A stretch of DNA of 63,309 nucleotides, filler included, from Folioceros fuciformis (lineage: Eukaryota): NCBI GenBank assembly GCA_049999805.1. It is 5 parts of 4 records of this genome, joined end to end, with 100 filler letters (N's around TTAATTAATTAA, not from the genome) between each part and the next. Parts side by side here need not be neighbours in the genome. Positions count along the whole stretch, not along the records: positions 1 to 22,150 come from JBNGIO010006379.1; 4 more parts are not named here. The stretch is one strand, 5' to 3'. How positions within the stretch are numbered: the first letter of the stretch is position 1; the number at the start of each line of letters is the position of its first letter. Made by a program: the position numbers and the translations under genes. This document shows positions 1 to 12,914 of this stretch, piece by piece. The notes under the pieces are model-generated. The model searched no databases and had not been told where the DNA came from. It worked only from the letters and a program-made list of their open reading frames with translations.

Positions 1-480
1 ACGATTTTGTGCGCAATATCGTTTTGTGCGAACAAATTGTATGAAAGACCCTTAGATGAGTAGGTAAAAGGTAAGACCAAGTAGGTGTTGCTAAAAGAAG
101 TTGAGATCACCCAACCTTGGTGTGTAGACAATGCCATTTCCCTTGAAGGCCACTCATAAGAGCATGAGCTACAAGGGTCTGCACAGTTGCCAGCCCTTTC
201 TCTAATCAGACAACATCAACATTGCAAGAACAAGTTGTAGGTGGAGAGGTTAGGCTGAATTTGTCTTCCATACTAATGCCCATATACTTGCAGCAAGATT
301 CAAGACATTGACATGTTCTTCACAGGGAATTGGGGTAAACGAAGAAGATGGAGGTGGAATCCAAGAGAGGCTCAACAAACATAGGATATCGCAGAAACGG
401 AAAAGCGTAGCAAAAACACGGCTCACACTCGAAGAAAGTGAAAGGCAAGTAGTGTTTGATGAATAAGAAAGCGATGAGAT

Positions 481-745
481 TTGTAACACTCTATTTTCAT
501 TAGAAGTGGTTGGGTGAGGTTTGCAACCTGCGATTTTGATTGGAAGTGATTGGACGGATTCAATCTAAAATGAAACAATAGGTAATGCGGTAAGGTTTGC
601 AACACGCAATTTTCGTTAGAAGGAATGCGATGCAGTTCGCAACACACAATTTTCATTAGAAGTAATGCGGTGAGGTTTGCAACACGCAATTTTCATTAGA
701 AGTAATTGGGTGAGGTTTGCAACATGCAATTTTTTATTAGAAGTG
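481..745. repeat. Degenerate ~40-bp tandem repeat (consensus AGTAATGCGGTGAGGTTTGCAACACGCAATTTTCATTAGA)
   Basis: GGTTTGCAACA..CAATTTTCATTAGAAG recurs with a 40-nt period at about 581-740, with looser copies from about 481. Confidence 0.85.
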
Positions 746-799
746 ATTGAATGGATTTAACCTAGAATGAAACAAGAGGTCATGCCTTGCTTGCGGAAT

Positions 800-912
800 G
801 TGCCAGGGTTGTTGTGTTTGGTCGCATGGTTACCATCCTTGTGCTAGGTTTGTTGTATTTGGTCACATGGTTGCCATCCTTGTACCAGGGTTTTGTGTTT
901 GGTCACATGGTT
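800..912. repeat. ~41-bp tandem repeat, about 3 copies (GGTTGTTGTGTTTGGTCACATGGTTGCCATCCTTGTGC)
   Basis: TTTGGTCRCATGGTT occurs three times at about 41-nt spacing. Confidence 0.8.
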
Positions 913-1268
913 CAAAGATGGATGGCAACTTAGAGTTAAAGCAGAACTTATGTTTTGCGCCTTCAAATACGAAGAACAATAGCTCATTTTGATATAGGAA
1001 ATAAGAAGTCGAGGGTCAAAATGTTTTCTGAATATGTAGTATGCGACAAAAGGTTTGTGCAAACGCACACCTGGGACTTCAATGAATAGTGCAGCACTGA
1101 TAAAAGTTATCACGGCCGCTGAACGTGGACTTTTCTCCTAAGGGAGGCGAAGTTTTAAGGGCTCTATACCGTTGATTTCCATACGTACGTACTTCACCAA
1201 GAGTCTCCAGCAGAAAGTTCCCGCCTGTTGCCAATTAATAACTGAACTTGGGATGAGCCTACACATCT

Positions 1269-3525
1269 TTATGGCTGAAAGAAATCATCGCCCTGAATTC
1301 TTGGGTGCGCCCATAGCCTAAAAAATCGGTTAGCTGACGGCGATCCACGGTCTTCACCATCCTCATCNNNNNNNNNNNNNNNNNNNNNNNNNNNNNNNNN
1401 NNNNNNNNNNNNNNNNNNNNNNNNNNNNNNNNNNNNNNNNNNNNNNNNNNNNNNNNNNNNNNNNNNNTCCTCATCCTCGTCTTCAGTGTCGCTTCCGCTG
1501 CCCAACGAAGAGGTCGCGCCGGGTTGATCTTTCACGATGTACCTAAGCACCTGAGAAAAAGAACACAAAACTCTTGAAAATTTCCTACACAAGACATAGG
1601 CCGCAATACTGGGGGGAAACATGGCGAGAGAGAACGCGCCTGCTCGGGAGTCAGAGGCCTCAGTCTGTGCTGCTCGTGTTGACCAGCCCCTCTGTTGCAG
1701 CCAGGCTTGCTTTCTCGCTTCCAAGGTAGCTCGCTCATCCAAAGGACGCAATTACAATTCAAGCAGTACGCTCTGTTGGAGAGAAAGAGTGAATGTGGAC
1801 TGGCTGCCGATGTACAACGCAAAATATCCTCAGTTAGCACTGGCGTTAGACGTGTCAGAACGGGACTGCAACCAATCCAATTAAAGAAAAGCGGGAAGCG
1901 TTAACGACCTTTGCGACCAGCTTCGAACGTCTTGAGCCAGGTTCCGGGTGTGGGAGGAGCTATACCAGCAACTCCAGCGGGGATCTGAAAATCAACCTCC
2001 CTGTCCGTACTGGTGGCAAGCAGGAACAGGTACATAGAGCGCCAAAGAGAGTCATCCGTGGCCGCAGCTCTCCAGTCCCTATCAAAAACCAATGTTGGTT
2101 TGATCAGTCGTCTCCCTACCAGTATGTACATTTGGACCACCTCTCATCCAAATCAGATTGAACTACTTGATTCCCCACCACATCACAGATAATAAGCCTT
2201 GCAAGCCCCACACAAACTCCAACCGTGCCTCTGGAATTCAATCAACCAGGCACACTACCATCCACCAACTCATAATAACTCTTCAAGAGAAAGGTTTGGA
2301 CCTGCACACAGCACGAGCTGCTGCTAGCCCAGAAGCATCCAAAAATCCAAAGACTTGGACCAGAACATCATGAGGGAGTGGAACATGGTCTGGCACACAT
2401 CACAATAACGATGTCTCAGATTCCAATGTCAGGCCCAAGGGGACAGAAATTGCTGTACTACCTAGCCTCCTGTCGTTCATTCAGCCTGGAGTCACTCAAA
2501 CATGAGAACATCCTCCGGATCCACGTTAGATGGTGCACCTTCCTAGAGATATGCCATGCCAATTAAGTCCAACGCCAACATTCAGAACGACCCAAATGCA
2601 AGAAAGAACACTTCTTCTGGAGAAACAAAACTAGAGGCCATGTGCTCACCAGAAACTTCCTCCTGCTGCCTTTTACATCGGCGGCTCTGAGCAATTGCAG
2701 CATGCTTGTACTCGTTTGCAGCTGTAAAGCGTCGCTGTTTGGGCAGCGCACTCTCCGCAGCTAGCAGAAGCGCATTTGCTGCTGACAGCTCCCTACTTGT
2801 ATCCAAGCTGCAAAAGTGCGGCAGCCGTATCCGACGATCAGGAACCTGACGCTACCGACCACGAGCCGTCTGCAGACCATTCCAGGGTACACGCGGACAA
2901 CCCAACGTACCTGGGCAGTGCGCGGAACGCCACAAGCACATCATCAAACAGCGCTGCCTGAACCATTTTGGGCACCTTGGTGTACGCTCCCTTCAACAAG
3001 GCAGCTAACTCCTTGCAAGCTTCCACATAATCTGATCTGCACAAGCAGCACAATCCTTGCCTCAAAATCTGCCCAACCGCCACGCGATCTAGGCCATACA
3101 CAAGAAAACGCTCCCATCCATTCTGACCACGCCCTTCCCAATTCACGCCCTAGTTTGGGTTTGGGCCACAATCTCCCGTGAAATTCAAAATGCACAAAAC
3201 AACGGCACTGCACATCCCGTCAATTCACCAACACCAATATTCCCCAAACACATCAAACACCCTCCCCTTCGGCACAAAGAACCTCCAAGCGTAAGCATCA
3301 AGCGACGGCTCATTCTGTCGGGACAACGAGGGCAAACCTGCGGCCGAGAGCATCACGGATCTGGAGCTCGGCATAACGGCGCTGCATGATGGCGTCTAAA
3401 CTAGCGGCAAGCTGCCGCGCAAGGCGCTGCCATGCTTCAGGCCACACGAATCCCCCCGACGAGCGACTGCCGCTGCCGCCAGCACCCCGGCTAGAGCCCG
3501 ACTCGTCCGTCGAGGGAGCCTGCAT
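1269..3525 (-). CDS. F-box protein, At5g52880-like, about 7 exons
   Basis: Spliced peptides: MQRRYAELQIRDALGR / DYVEACKELAALLKGAYTKVPKMVQAALFDDVLVAFRALP / SAANALLLAAESALPKQRR / F-box LPHDVLVQVFGFLDASGLAAARAVCR-DWRAAATDDSLWRSMY / SNRAYCLNCNCVLW / acidic tail ending FRLWAHP. Start at 3525 or 3387. The last exon contains an N gap. Confidence 0.85.
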
Positions 3526-3928
3526 TCCGGATGTGTATCTTGGATAACATGTATGTACATTGCGAGCACGAAGGCAGGAGACGGCGACCGGCAGCCGCCA
3601 GTTGTCCCGTTGCGCTACGACCGTCCGGACCTGGTCTCCGCACGTCGCTTGAGTATACCAAGGAAGAAGAGGCCCAGACGCTATGACACGCGAGTGGCCT
3701 GCATCGACCACATATGCCTTAAGAACGTCGTCTTCCTCAGTGCGCGTCCGGTTCGACCGCGGCCAGGAGAAACACATCACGACGTTGTTGTCGAAATAGC
3801 CGCAGTCGCTAAGTGCTACTGGGTGAGAATAAAAAGAAAGAAAAGAATGTCTACACGTTTGCGGCTATGTGTCACTACAAATGGAGGACCCTTACACCTA
3901 ATAGGTCGTCGCCTTCCTACAAACTAGG

Positions 3929-5665
3929 TCATTTGGAACCAAGGGCAAAAGACAACTTGGGCCTCGTGTTCTTCTTGCCTAAAATCTTCATCTGTTCTGC
4001 TCGACCCTGCTCGTCTTCGAGCTTTTTCCTCCTCAGAGCCTCCTCCTTTTGGCGTTGTAAGGCTTCCAGCTCCTTATACCGCTCCTCCTCCTTCCTCGCT
4101 TGTTCTTCGGCTGCCCTTCTCTGCGACTCCTCGATCTTCTGCTTGTTTTCCTCCAGCATTCTCTCCAGCTCTTCTTTTTCTCGCCTGCTCTGTTCCTGTG
4201 GGGGCAGACGAGATGCAGTCCAGTGAAGATAAGTAAGGTAAGTGGGATGCATGCATCCATAAGGGATGAGCACCAAAGAAACTGAGGCTTGAGGCTGGCG
4301 TGACCGACCTCTTTTCTCCTGGCCTCAGCCAAGGCCTCCTGCTTCTCCTTCTCCAGCTGGGCTGCAACGTCTTCCAGGATCTGCTTCCGGCCCTCTTGGA
4401 TCCTGGAGTCGATCTCGGCCATCACTTCGTCCGAACTCAGGGCTTCCTGCACCTTCTTCTTGACGGCTTCTTCTACTCGTTTGGCAGCCTCTTCTTGGAT
4501 GAGCTTTAACTCAATCTCTTGCTGGCGCCTGCCATCCAACTAGTCACACAACGTGCAATCATTGCTACCTGACTGTACACCTGCGGGCGAGAGAGCAAAC
4601 CACACATGTGCCACATTCTCCAGACCCCTAGCATAGCTTTGGCAGAACTTGAAATGCACAAGCCTGTTCACTTGCACTCCTGAACTTATTAAGGGTAGGT
4701 GACCGCGAGCGGCTGCGACTTGCACGGCGCTTCACTCGCCTTGGAGTAGGAGAAACGGATCTACTTTTGTGCCTGATAAACACAACAAACGACCAGTCAG
4801 CAAAGGTGCGGCAGCAGCAGCACCACAAACAAGACTCCGTGCGGATGACGGAAGCGAGAGGAGACCACCCTGCCCTGCCCTGTTCTGCCCNNNNNNNNNN
4901 NNNNNNNNNNNNNNNNNNNNNNNNNNNNNNNNNNNNNNNNNNNNNNNNNNNNNNNNNNNNNNNNNNNNNNNNNNNNNNNNNNNNNNNNNNGCTACCACTG
5001 CATACTGCATCCTGGCCCAAGCCCTTGGATATGAATTTTTTCCCAGCCAGCCAGCCAGCCAGCCAGCCTGCAAGCCAGCCAGGCACCACCCGTTCCCCAA
5101 AGCAAAAGCCTGATGCTAACCCCAACCCTACAAGTACAGCACAAACGGGGCCCGGAGCTGAAAGCAACAGGGTTAGGCGCATCCATGGCAGCATTACCAG
5201 AGGGGGCAGAGGGCGGCCAGCCATCAGGGTTCAGCAGAGTAGAAGCAGAAGCAGAGCGTATGGAAGGGGTGGTCCTGCTTTTTTTGCTTTATCTCCAAGA
5301 CAGCGTACCGGCAGCTTCATGAACCCCCAATCCTTCCATCCCGAGCCTGCTTGCTCCCAACTCATTCTCATTCCTTCCCTTCTCTTTTTCTTTTTTCCTC
5401 CTCATCAAACCTCTTGACACAATCGAGACACTCACACGGCTTCTAGCGCAACAACAACAGCAGCAGCTCAAAGATGCCAAAGCATGGGGCCATCGTTTCT
5501 CTCTGTAACACACCTGCCGTGAGAATGAGCATGTGGAGGTGAGCGGCTTCTATGCTCACGCCTGCTCCGTCTACTGCTGTGTCGATGGCTTGGGGGTGAC
5601 GGAGAGCGGACGGGAGACCTGCGCCTCCCCTTCCGGGGAGGCGACCTCGAAACAGAGCGCGGCAT
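3929..5665 (-). CDS. ARGLU1-like arginine/glutamate-rich (RS plus coiled-coil) protein, about 4 exons
   Basis: RS-rich N-terminus MPRSVSRSPPRKGRRRSP, then RRQQEIELKLIQEEAAKRVEEAVKKKVQEAL and the conserved C-terminus EQMKILGKKNTRPKLSFAL*. Confidence 0.88.
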
Positions 5666-6418
5666 GCCTTGCCTTGCAACTTGCAAACTTGCGAGCCCTT
5701 TGGGACCGGCACGCCGTGTCCCAGCCGGGAGCCCGAGCCCGAGCCCGAGCCCAGACCGGAACAGCAACGGGAGGGCTCCGATTCCCTTCCTTACAAGCTT
5801 TGCATCATCCAACTCAATCCTCCCGCTCGCCTCACACTTCCAGTCATCAACTCCCGAGCCTCACCTTTCCCACCACGTAGGTCTGTGTGAAAAGCAAGCC
5901 TGTGCTTCAAATTTCACCGCCTTAATAGCCGAGTACCTGTACAAGGCGCCATCCTAGGCTCCACCTTCTTTCAACTGTTTATATCATATCCAACACTAAA
6001 AAAGACAACTCGTCTACCTACTGTAATCCACTTCGGCAGAATTGATCTTTTTATTCCGAGATTCTCGTCCTCAACAAATTTGTATCTAATTGACCGTATT
6101 TCCATTCAACCTATGTGATATATAGACAAAGGCCCGGGTGTCCAGTAGCACAAGCACGGGACAGCAGCAGTGATTGGGGTGGGGTGGTGAGCTCGGTGAA
6201 CTGGTACATTGTATAGTCCTTGGACTGGTTGTCATATTATAACGGAAACCAACTGACGGCCTCATGCGTTTTAGAAGTCCCTGTTGGTGGATGACAGGGA
6301 AGTGGATGTCTGCCACCTCAAAGTTAAAACCTTTGCCTTCAAAAATAAGGTTGGGGCAGTCTCCCGTGGTCAAAAAGCTTTAGTTCAAGTAGGGGATGAG
6401 AAAGACAAAAAACCACTA

Positions 6419-8240
<1,822 letters not shown>

Positions 8241-9208
8241 TGCCAGGCCGGCTGCTGGGACGCGCACTCTCCGCTGCAACAGCTCACGATCGCAAATGCC
8301 GAAATAAACTTCGCTGTGAATTGCACTGAGAAGACATTACGGCAAATGCTGAAATAAGCTTTGCCGTCGCAGGGCACGAATCGCAAGGACAACGTATACA
8401 CATGGGGTGCAACAATTTCAATAAACTGGTCCTTCTGCAGTTACTCTCTGCGACTGTGTCACGACCAGATCCGTGGTCCCCTGCTTTCATACAACGCCTG
8501 CGATGGGCCTCTCTCGAAATTTTAGCTCATGTTGGTGAAGATGTTGCGAGGTAAGTTCCTGCGTTGTGTGTAGATGGAGCAGCACTCCAGTGGGCATGTG
8601 ATTCCAGCCAGCAGCGTCCACACGAGAATGCAGAGGGAGCATCTAGTTTAACTCGGTCCTGAATCCTTTGTGCTGTTTCACAACACAGAGCGTCATTCTG
8701 GAGACAGGACCATCATTCCGAGAGAATGTGGTTACGATTCAAGCTTCAAGCGCGTTCTGTCCTTGCCATCACCCACATGTTCCAGAGACCGTGGGCATCG
8801 GAGAGCATGCCAGTGATGGTGGGCATGGGAGAACGTGGAAGAGAATGATGGGCTTCGGCCGGTATGAATCATCCGTGCCCGGCGTCAGACTTGCTCTTGG
8901 ATCCCTCTCTTCTGGATTCGGACAAGTCTACCACGACCCACGTCTCCACCCGCATCCTCCTCGCTGCCTCCGTTCATCTTCAGACAATCGTCACCAGCCT
9001 GCTAGTACCAATTTTGTTTCCCATTTCTGCCTCTAGGACCGCACCCACAACCACCTCCAAGTGAGGACGGTAATATGCGCAAAGCTTCGGGACGCATGTG
9101 TGTTGATTTTGGAGGCTGCGGTATCGGAGGTATGGTGTGGTGGCAGTAACCGGGCATTCGGACTTTGTTTGGTGTGAAGGCTCAAATTTCGACGGCGGGC
9201 CCTAAAAG

Positions 9209-12112
9209 ATGGCCACAGTATGGCAACCGGACCGGGTGTGGAGGCAAGGAATTGGTGTGTGTACAGAGATTCCACGAGGAGCTCCTGGTCACCACATCTT
9301 AGAGAGTCAACTCCTGTCAAACAGAGCCTCCAGGTGCAGCACTGTAAGGAGCCCAGCACTTCCTCTTTCGAGAAAATGTGTGGGTGGGGACGAGTTTTCC
9401 AGCGATGGTCGTTGCCAGGAGCAGGAGCGCTTGTGGCAACAGCTTTTTCTTGACCCTGGCATGTGGTGGGACAACAGACGAGCTAAGAAGAGCTCCCGTT
9501 CGCCTGACTTCCGGCGTAAGGGTTCTGGCGAGGTGCTGTGGTTGAACGACACGTTCAAGCCAGCTTGGGTTGATGAGCTGCTCATTTCCTTGGATGTACA
9601 AATGGGTCATTGTCACTCTCCTTCCGAGTCCAGTTCTCCGGATGAGCCTGAATCTGGCAGGCGTGCAGGATCAGAAGTGGGCGTTGTCATGGCCGTGAAC
9701 ACGTTATGCCAGCAGGGGAAGCTTTGTGAGGCAGTCAGAGTCCTGGAATCTCTGACGCAAACAGACTCTGCTGTTTCTCAATCTCTGATCTGCAATGTGC
9801 TGAAATTGTGTACCTCTAAGAAGGATTTGGTTGTGGGGCGACGACTTCATGATGTCATCGTCAAACTTGGGTACGAGTCGAATGCTTACGTGGGGAATCA
9901 CGTCTTGCGCATGTATGCATGTCGGGGTAGGCTACAGGAGGCCATGGATGTGTTCACCAGGATAGGCAGGCCAGATGTGATCACGTGGGGTTCTATCATC
10001 TCTGCGCATGCTAAACATGGGAAACCCAATGAGGCCATACTACTGTACCATGAAATGCGTAAGTCAGGAGTGAAGGCTAATGGCCACGTCTTTGTAGCTG
10101 CCCTTCAAGCTTGTGCACTTGCCGTCGACTTGGAATCTGGAAGAAAAGTGCACTATGATGCGTTGCACAGTGGCATTCCCACTAACTTGTTTGTTGCCAA
10201 CTGCCTAGTGGACATGTATGCCAAATGTGGCAAACTGGAAGATGCACGCAAATGTTTTGACAGCATGGCCTTAAAGGATGTTGTGACATGGAATGCGCTG
10301 ATATCTGGGTATGCACAGCAGGGACTGGGCCAGGAGGCTCTTGTTCTGTATGGACAAATGGAGGAAGAGGTCTCCATTTTGGCTAACCATGTTACGTTCG
10401 CTTCTCTTATGAAGGCCTGTGGAAGCACTGGCGCCTTACAAAAGGGCAGGCAGCTGCACTCTCAGATTTTGAAAAGAGGACTGCTAGATGACATGCTGGT
10501 GGGCACCTGCCTGGTGGACATGTACGCAAAATGTGGTGAACTGGAAGATGCACGCCAGGTTTTTGACAGCATGGCCTCAAAGGATGTAGTGACATGGACA
10601 GCGCTGATTGCTGGGTATGCACAGCATGGACTCGGCCAAGAGGCGCTTGTTTTGTATGCAGAAATGGAACAAGAGGGCCTCATTTTGGCTAATCATGTTA
10701 CGTGTGCTTGCCTTCTGAAGGCCTGTGCAAGCACTGGAGCTTTGCAGAAGGGCAGGCAGCTGCACTTGCAGATTGTTGAAAGAGGCCTGCTGGATGATGT
10801 AGTGGTTGGCAATTGCCTAGTGGACATGTATGCAAAGTGTGGTGAGCTTGAGGACGCACGTCAGGTTTTTGACACCATGGACACCAAGGATGTGGTGACA
10901 TGGACCACTCTGATTGCCGGGTATACTGAGCAAGGTCTCAGCCAAGAGGCGCTTGTTGTGTATGAACAAATGGAGCAGGAGGGCCACATTTTGGCTAACG
11001 ATGTTACTTTTGTGTGCCTCGTGAGGGCCTGTGCAAGCACCTGTTCCTTACAGAAAGGCAGGCAGCTGCACTCACAGATTGTTGACAGAGGCTTGCTGGA
11101 CAACGAAGTTTTGGGCAACTGTCTGGTGGACATGTATGCAAAATGTGGTGAACTGGATGATGCACGCAGGGTTTTTGACAGCTTGAATACGAAGGGTGTG
11201 GTAACCTGGACCGCCCTAATATCTGGCTATGGTGCTTGTGACGAAGGTCACATGGCCCTAGCTTGTTTCGAGGAGATGTTAGTGGCCGGCATTCAGCCTG
11301 ATGATGCTACTTTTACTTGCCTTTTATCAGCATGCAGTCATGGGGGACTGGTTCACGAGGGTCGAAAGCTCTTCGATTCCATGCCTCAACAGCATGGCAT
11401 CAAACCTACTATCGAACACTTCATTTGCATGATTGATCTTCTTGGGCGTGCAGGCCATGTAGATGAGGCAGAGAAGATTCTACTGTCATGCGAGGCCCAA
11501 AGTAACATTGTGGGCTTGACATCTTTATTGAATGCCTGCAAAAGTCACGGGGACATAGAGAGGGCGGTCTGGTGTTTCGAAAGAATTGTTAAGCTGGACC
11601 CCCAAGAGGCGACCGCATATGTGCTCGTGGCCAACGCCTACGCAGACGCAGGTATGTGGGCCGATGTGGAGAGGATTGAAACACTGAGAAGGGCAGCAGG
11701 AGCTAACAAGAAACCTGCCGTGGCAACCATTGAGGTGCACAAGCAAGTGCATAGATTTGTGGTGGGAGAAAGGAGAGAGGATGTTGGGCTGAAGGCAGAG
11801 AGCACAAATGCACGTGTGAAGCAGGAAGGAGGCCACGTACCTCACACGAATTTGGTGTTGAAGCCACTGTCAGAAAAGGAGAAGGAAGACGCACTTTGTG
11901 GGCATGCTGAGAAGCTAGCTCTGGCTTTTGGCCTCTTGAACACTCCCAGTGGGACACCCCTGGTGGTAACGAAGAACCTACGCATGTGCAGTGATTGTCA
12001 CGGATCCACAGAGATCATGTCAAGGATTGAGCAGCGAAGCATCGTTGTCAGGGATGGGTACCGGGTTCACCGATTCGCAAATGGCTGCTGCAGCTGCAAG
12101 GCTCGACCGTGA
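9209..12112 (+). CDS. PLS-class PPR protein with N-terminal OSB/PDF-like motif and C-terminal DYW:KP (GRP-type) deaminase-like domain; candidate organellar U-to-C editing factor
   Basis: Intronless 967-aa ORF with L-S-P triplets (LVDMYAKCG..DA..VFD.M..KDVVTW), P2-L2-S2, E motifs, KKPAVATIEV, HAEKLA, KNLRMCSDCH and terminal CSCKARP. Confidence 0.95.
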   Translation: MATVWQPDRVWRQGIGVCTEIPRGAPGHHILESQLLSNRASRCSTVRSPALPLSRKCVGGDEFSSDGRCQEQERLWQQLFLDPGMWWDNRRAKKSSRSPDFRRKGSGEVLWLNDTFKPAWVDELLISLDVQMGHCHSPSESSSPDEPESGRRAGSEVGVVMAVNTLCQQGKLCEAVRVLESLTQTDSAVSQSLICNVLKLCTSKKDLVVGRRLHDVIVKLGYESNAYVGNHVLRMYACRGRLQEAMDVFTRIGRPDVITWGSIISAHAKHGKPNEAILLYHEMRKSGVKANGHVFVAALQACALAVDLESGRKVHYDALHSGIPTNLFVANCLVDMYAKCGKLEDARKCFDSMALKDVVTWNALISGYAQQGLGQEALVLYGQMEEEVSILANHVTFASLMKACGSTGALQKGRQLHSQILKRGLLDDMLVGTCLVDMYAKCGELEDARQVFDSMASKDVVTWTALIAGYAQHGLGQEALVLYAEMEQEGLILANHVTCACLLKACASTGALQKGRQLHLQIVERGLLDDVVVGNCLVDMYAKCGELEDARQVFDTMDTKDVVTWTTLIAGYTEQGLSQEALVVYEQMEQEGHILANDVTFVCLVRACASTCSLQKGRQLHSQIVDRGLLDNEVLGNCLVDMYAKCGELDDARRVFDSLNTKGVVTWTALISGYGACDEGHMALACFEEMLVAGIQPDDATFTCLLSACSHGGLVHEGRKLFDSMPQQHGIKPTIEHFICMIDLLGRAGHVDEAEKILLSCEAQSNIVGLTSLLNACKSHGDIERAVWCFERIVKLDPQEATAYVLVANAYADAGMWADVERIETLRRAAGANKKPAVATIEVHKQVHRFVVGERREDVGLKAESTNARVKQEGGHVPHTNLVLKPLSEKEKEDALCGHAEKLALAFGLLNTPSGTPLVVTKNLRMCSDCHGSTEIMSRIEQRSIVVRDGYRVHRFANGCCSCKARP

Positions 12113-12542
12113 CAACAAAAGCAAGAAGTCTTTATCAAGTGGAGACTACCACACCAGGGTTCAAGCTACTATTAGAAGCAAACTCGCAACTACATGAAAG
12201 AATGACCTAGCTATGGAAATTGGAAGATCCATTGTATGCGATACGCTTGATGCGTCAAGGAGTGGATGAATTAGTACTTTGATGAGAAGAGGGCGGAGCA
12301 TGATAATTTAGGCAACTAGTTGGGCGTGAGGGTGGAATAGGAATATTACTTAGAAAGGAAAGTTGGCTGCAACCTCAAGCCTAGGTGGGAAGGCCTCTTC
12401 TAATTAAGGAAATCCTGAAATAAGTGCCCATGTTTAAATGCGCCCTTTATGCCTTTCCGAAGTAGAGGTCATGAATACCTCTTACCTTATCAAATATAGA
12501 TAAATATCTCTTACCTTATTAAATAGGGTGCTTAGAGTTACA

Positions 12543-12636
12543 GTAAAAGCATGTATTGTGTAAAAGCATGTATTGTGACGCTTGGGATAGGACTTGTTGT
12601 TAGGATAGGACTTGTTGTTAGGATAGGACTTGTTGA
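12543..12636. repeat. Short tandem repeats (TAAAAGCATGTATTGTG x2; GGATAGGACTTGTTGTTA x3)
   Basis: Direct repeats visible in AT-rich intergenic DNA. Confidence 0.8.
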
Positions 12637-12914
12637 GTTTGGGCTATAAATAGGCATTATGTAGTCCAAGCTTATTATTCTTGTTGTTCTCACATCAAGT
12701 GACCAATCTTCTCACATTTACTGCTCATTGATCTTCATACTTGTTGTTATCACATTTCTGCTATTCACGTGGGCATCATGTCACTTCACTTTCATTTCAA
12801 TCTTAGATGAAATCATTGCATGTGTCTAACTTCATGGACCTAATCTTTTCTCCTCATGTGATTAGGTTAAGCTATTAAACAACGACAACCATAGAACACA
12901 ATCAATCAACAAAC

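Noticed and set aside
481-745. Array with GTTTGCAAC resembling a CRISPR repeat
   Set aside because: Units are contiguous without unique spacers, there are no cas genes, and the context is eukaryotic.
8810-8960. Imperfect fold-back between the SCS-alpha and PPR genes
   Set aside because: Pairing is too short and interrupted to support a miRNA precursor.
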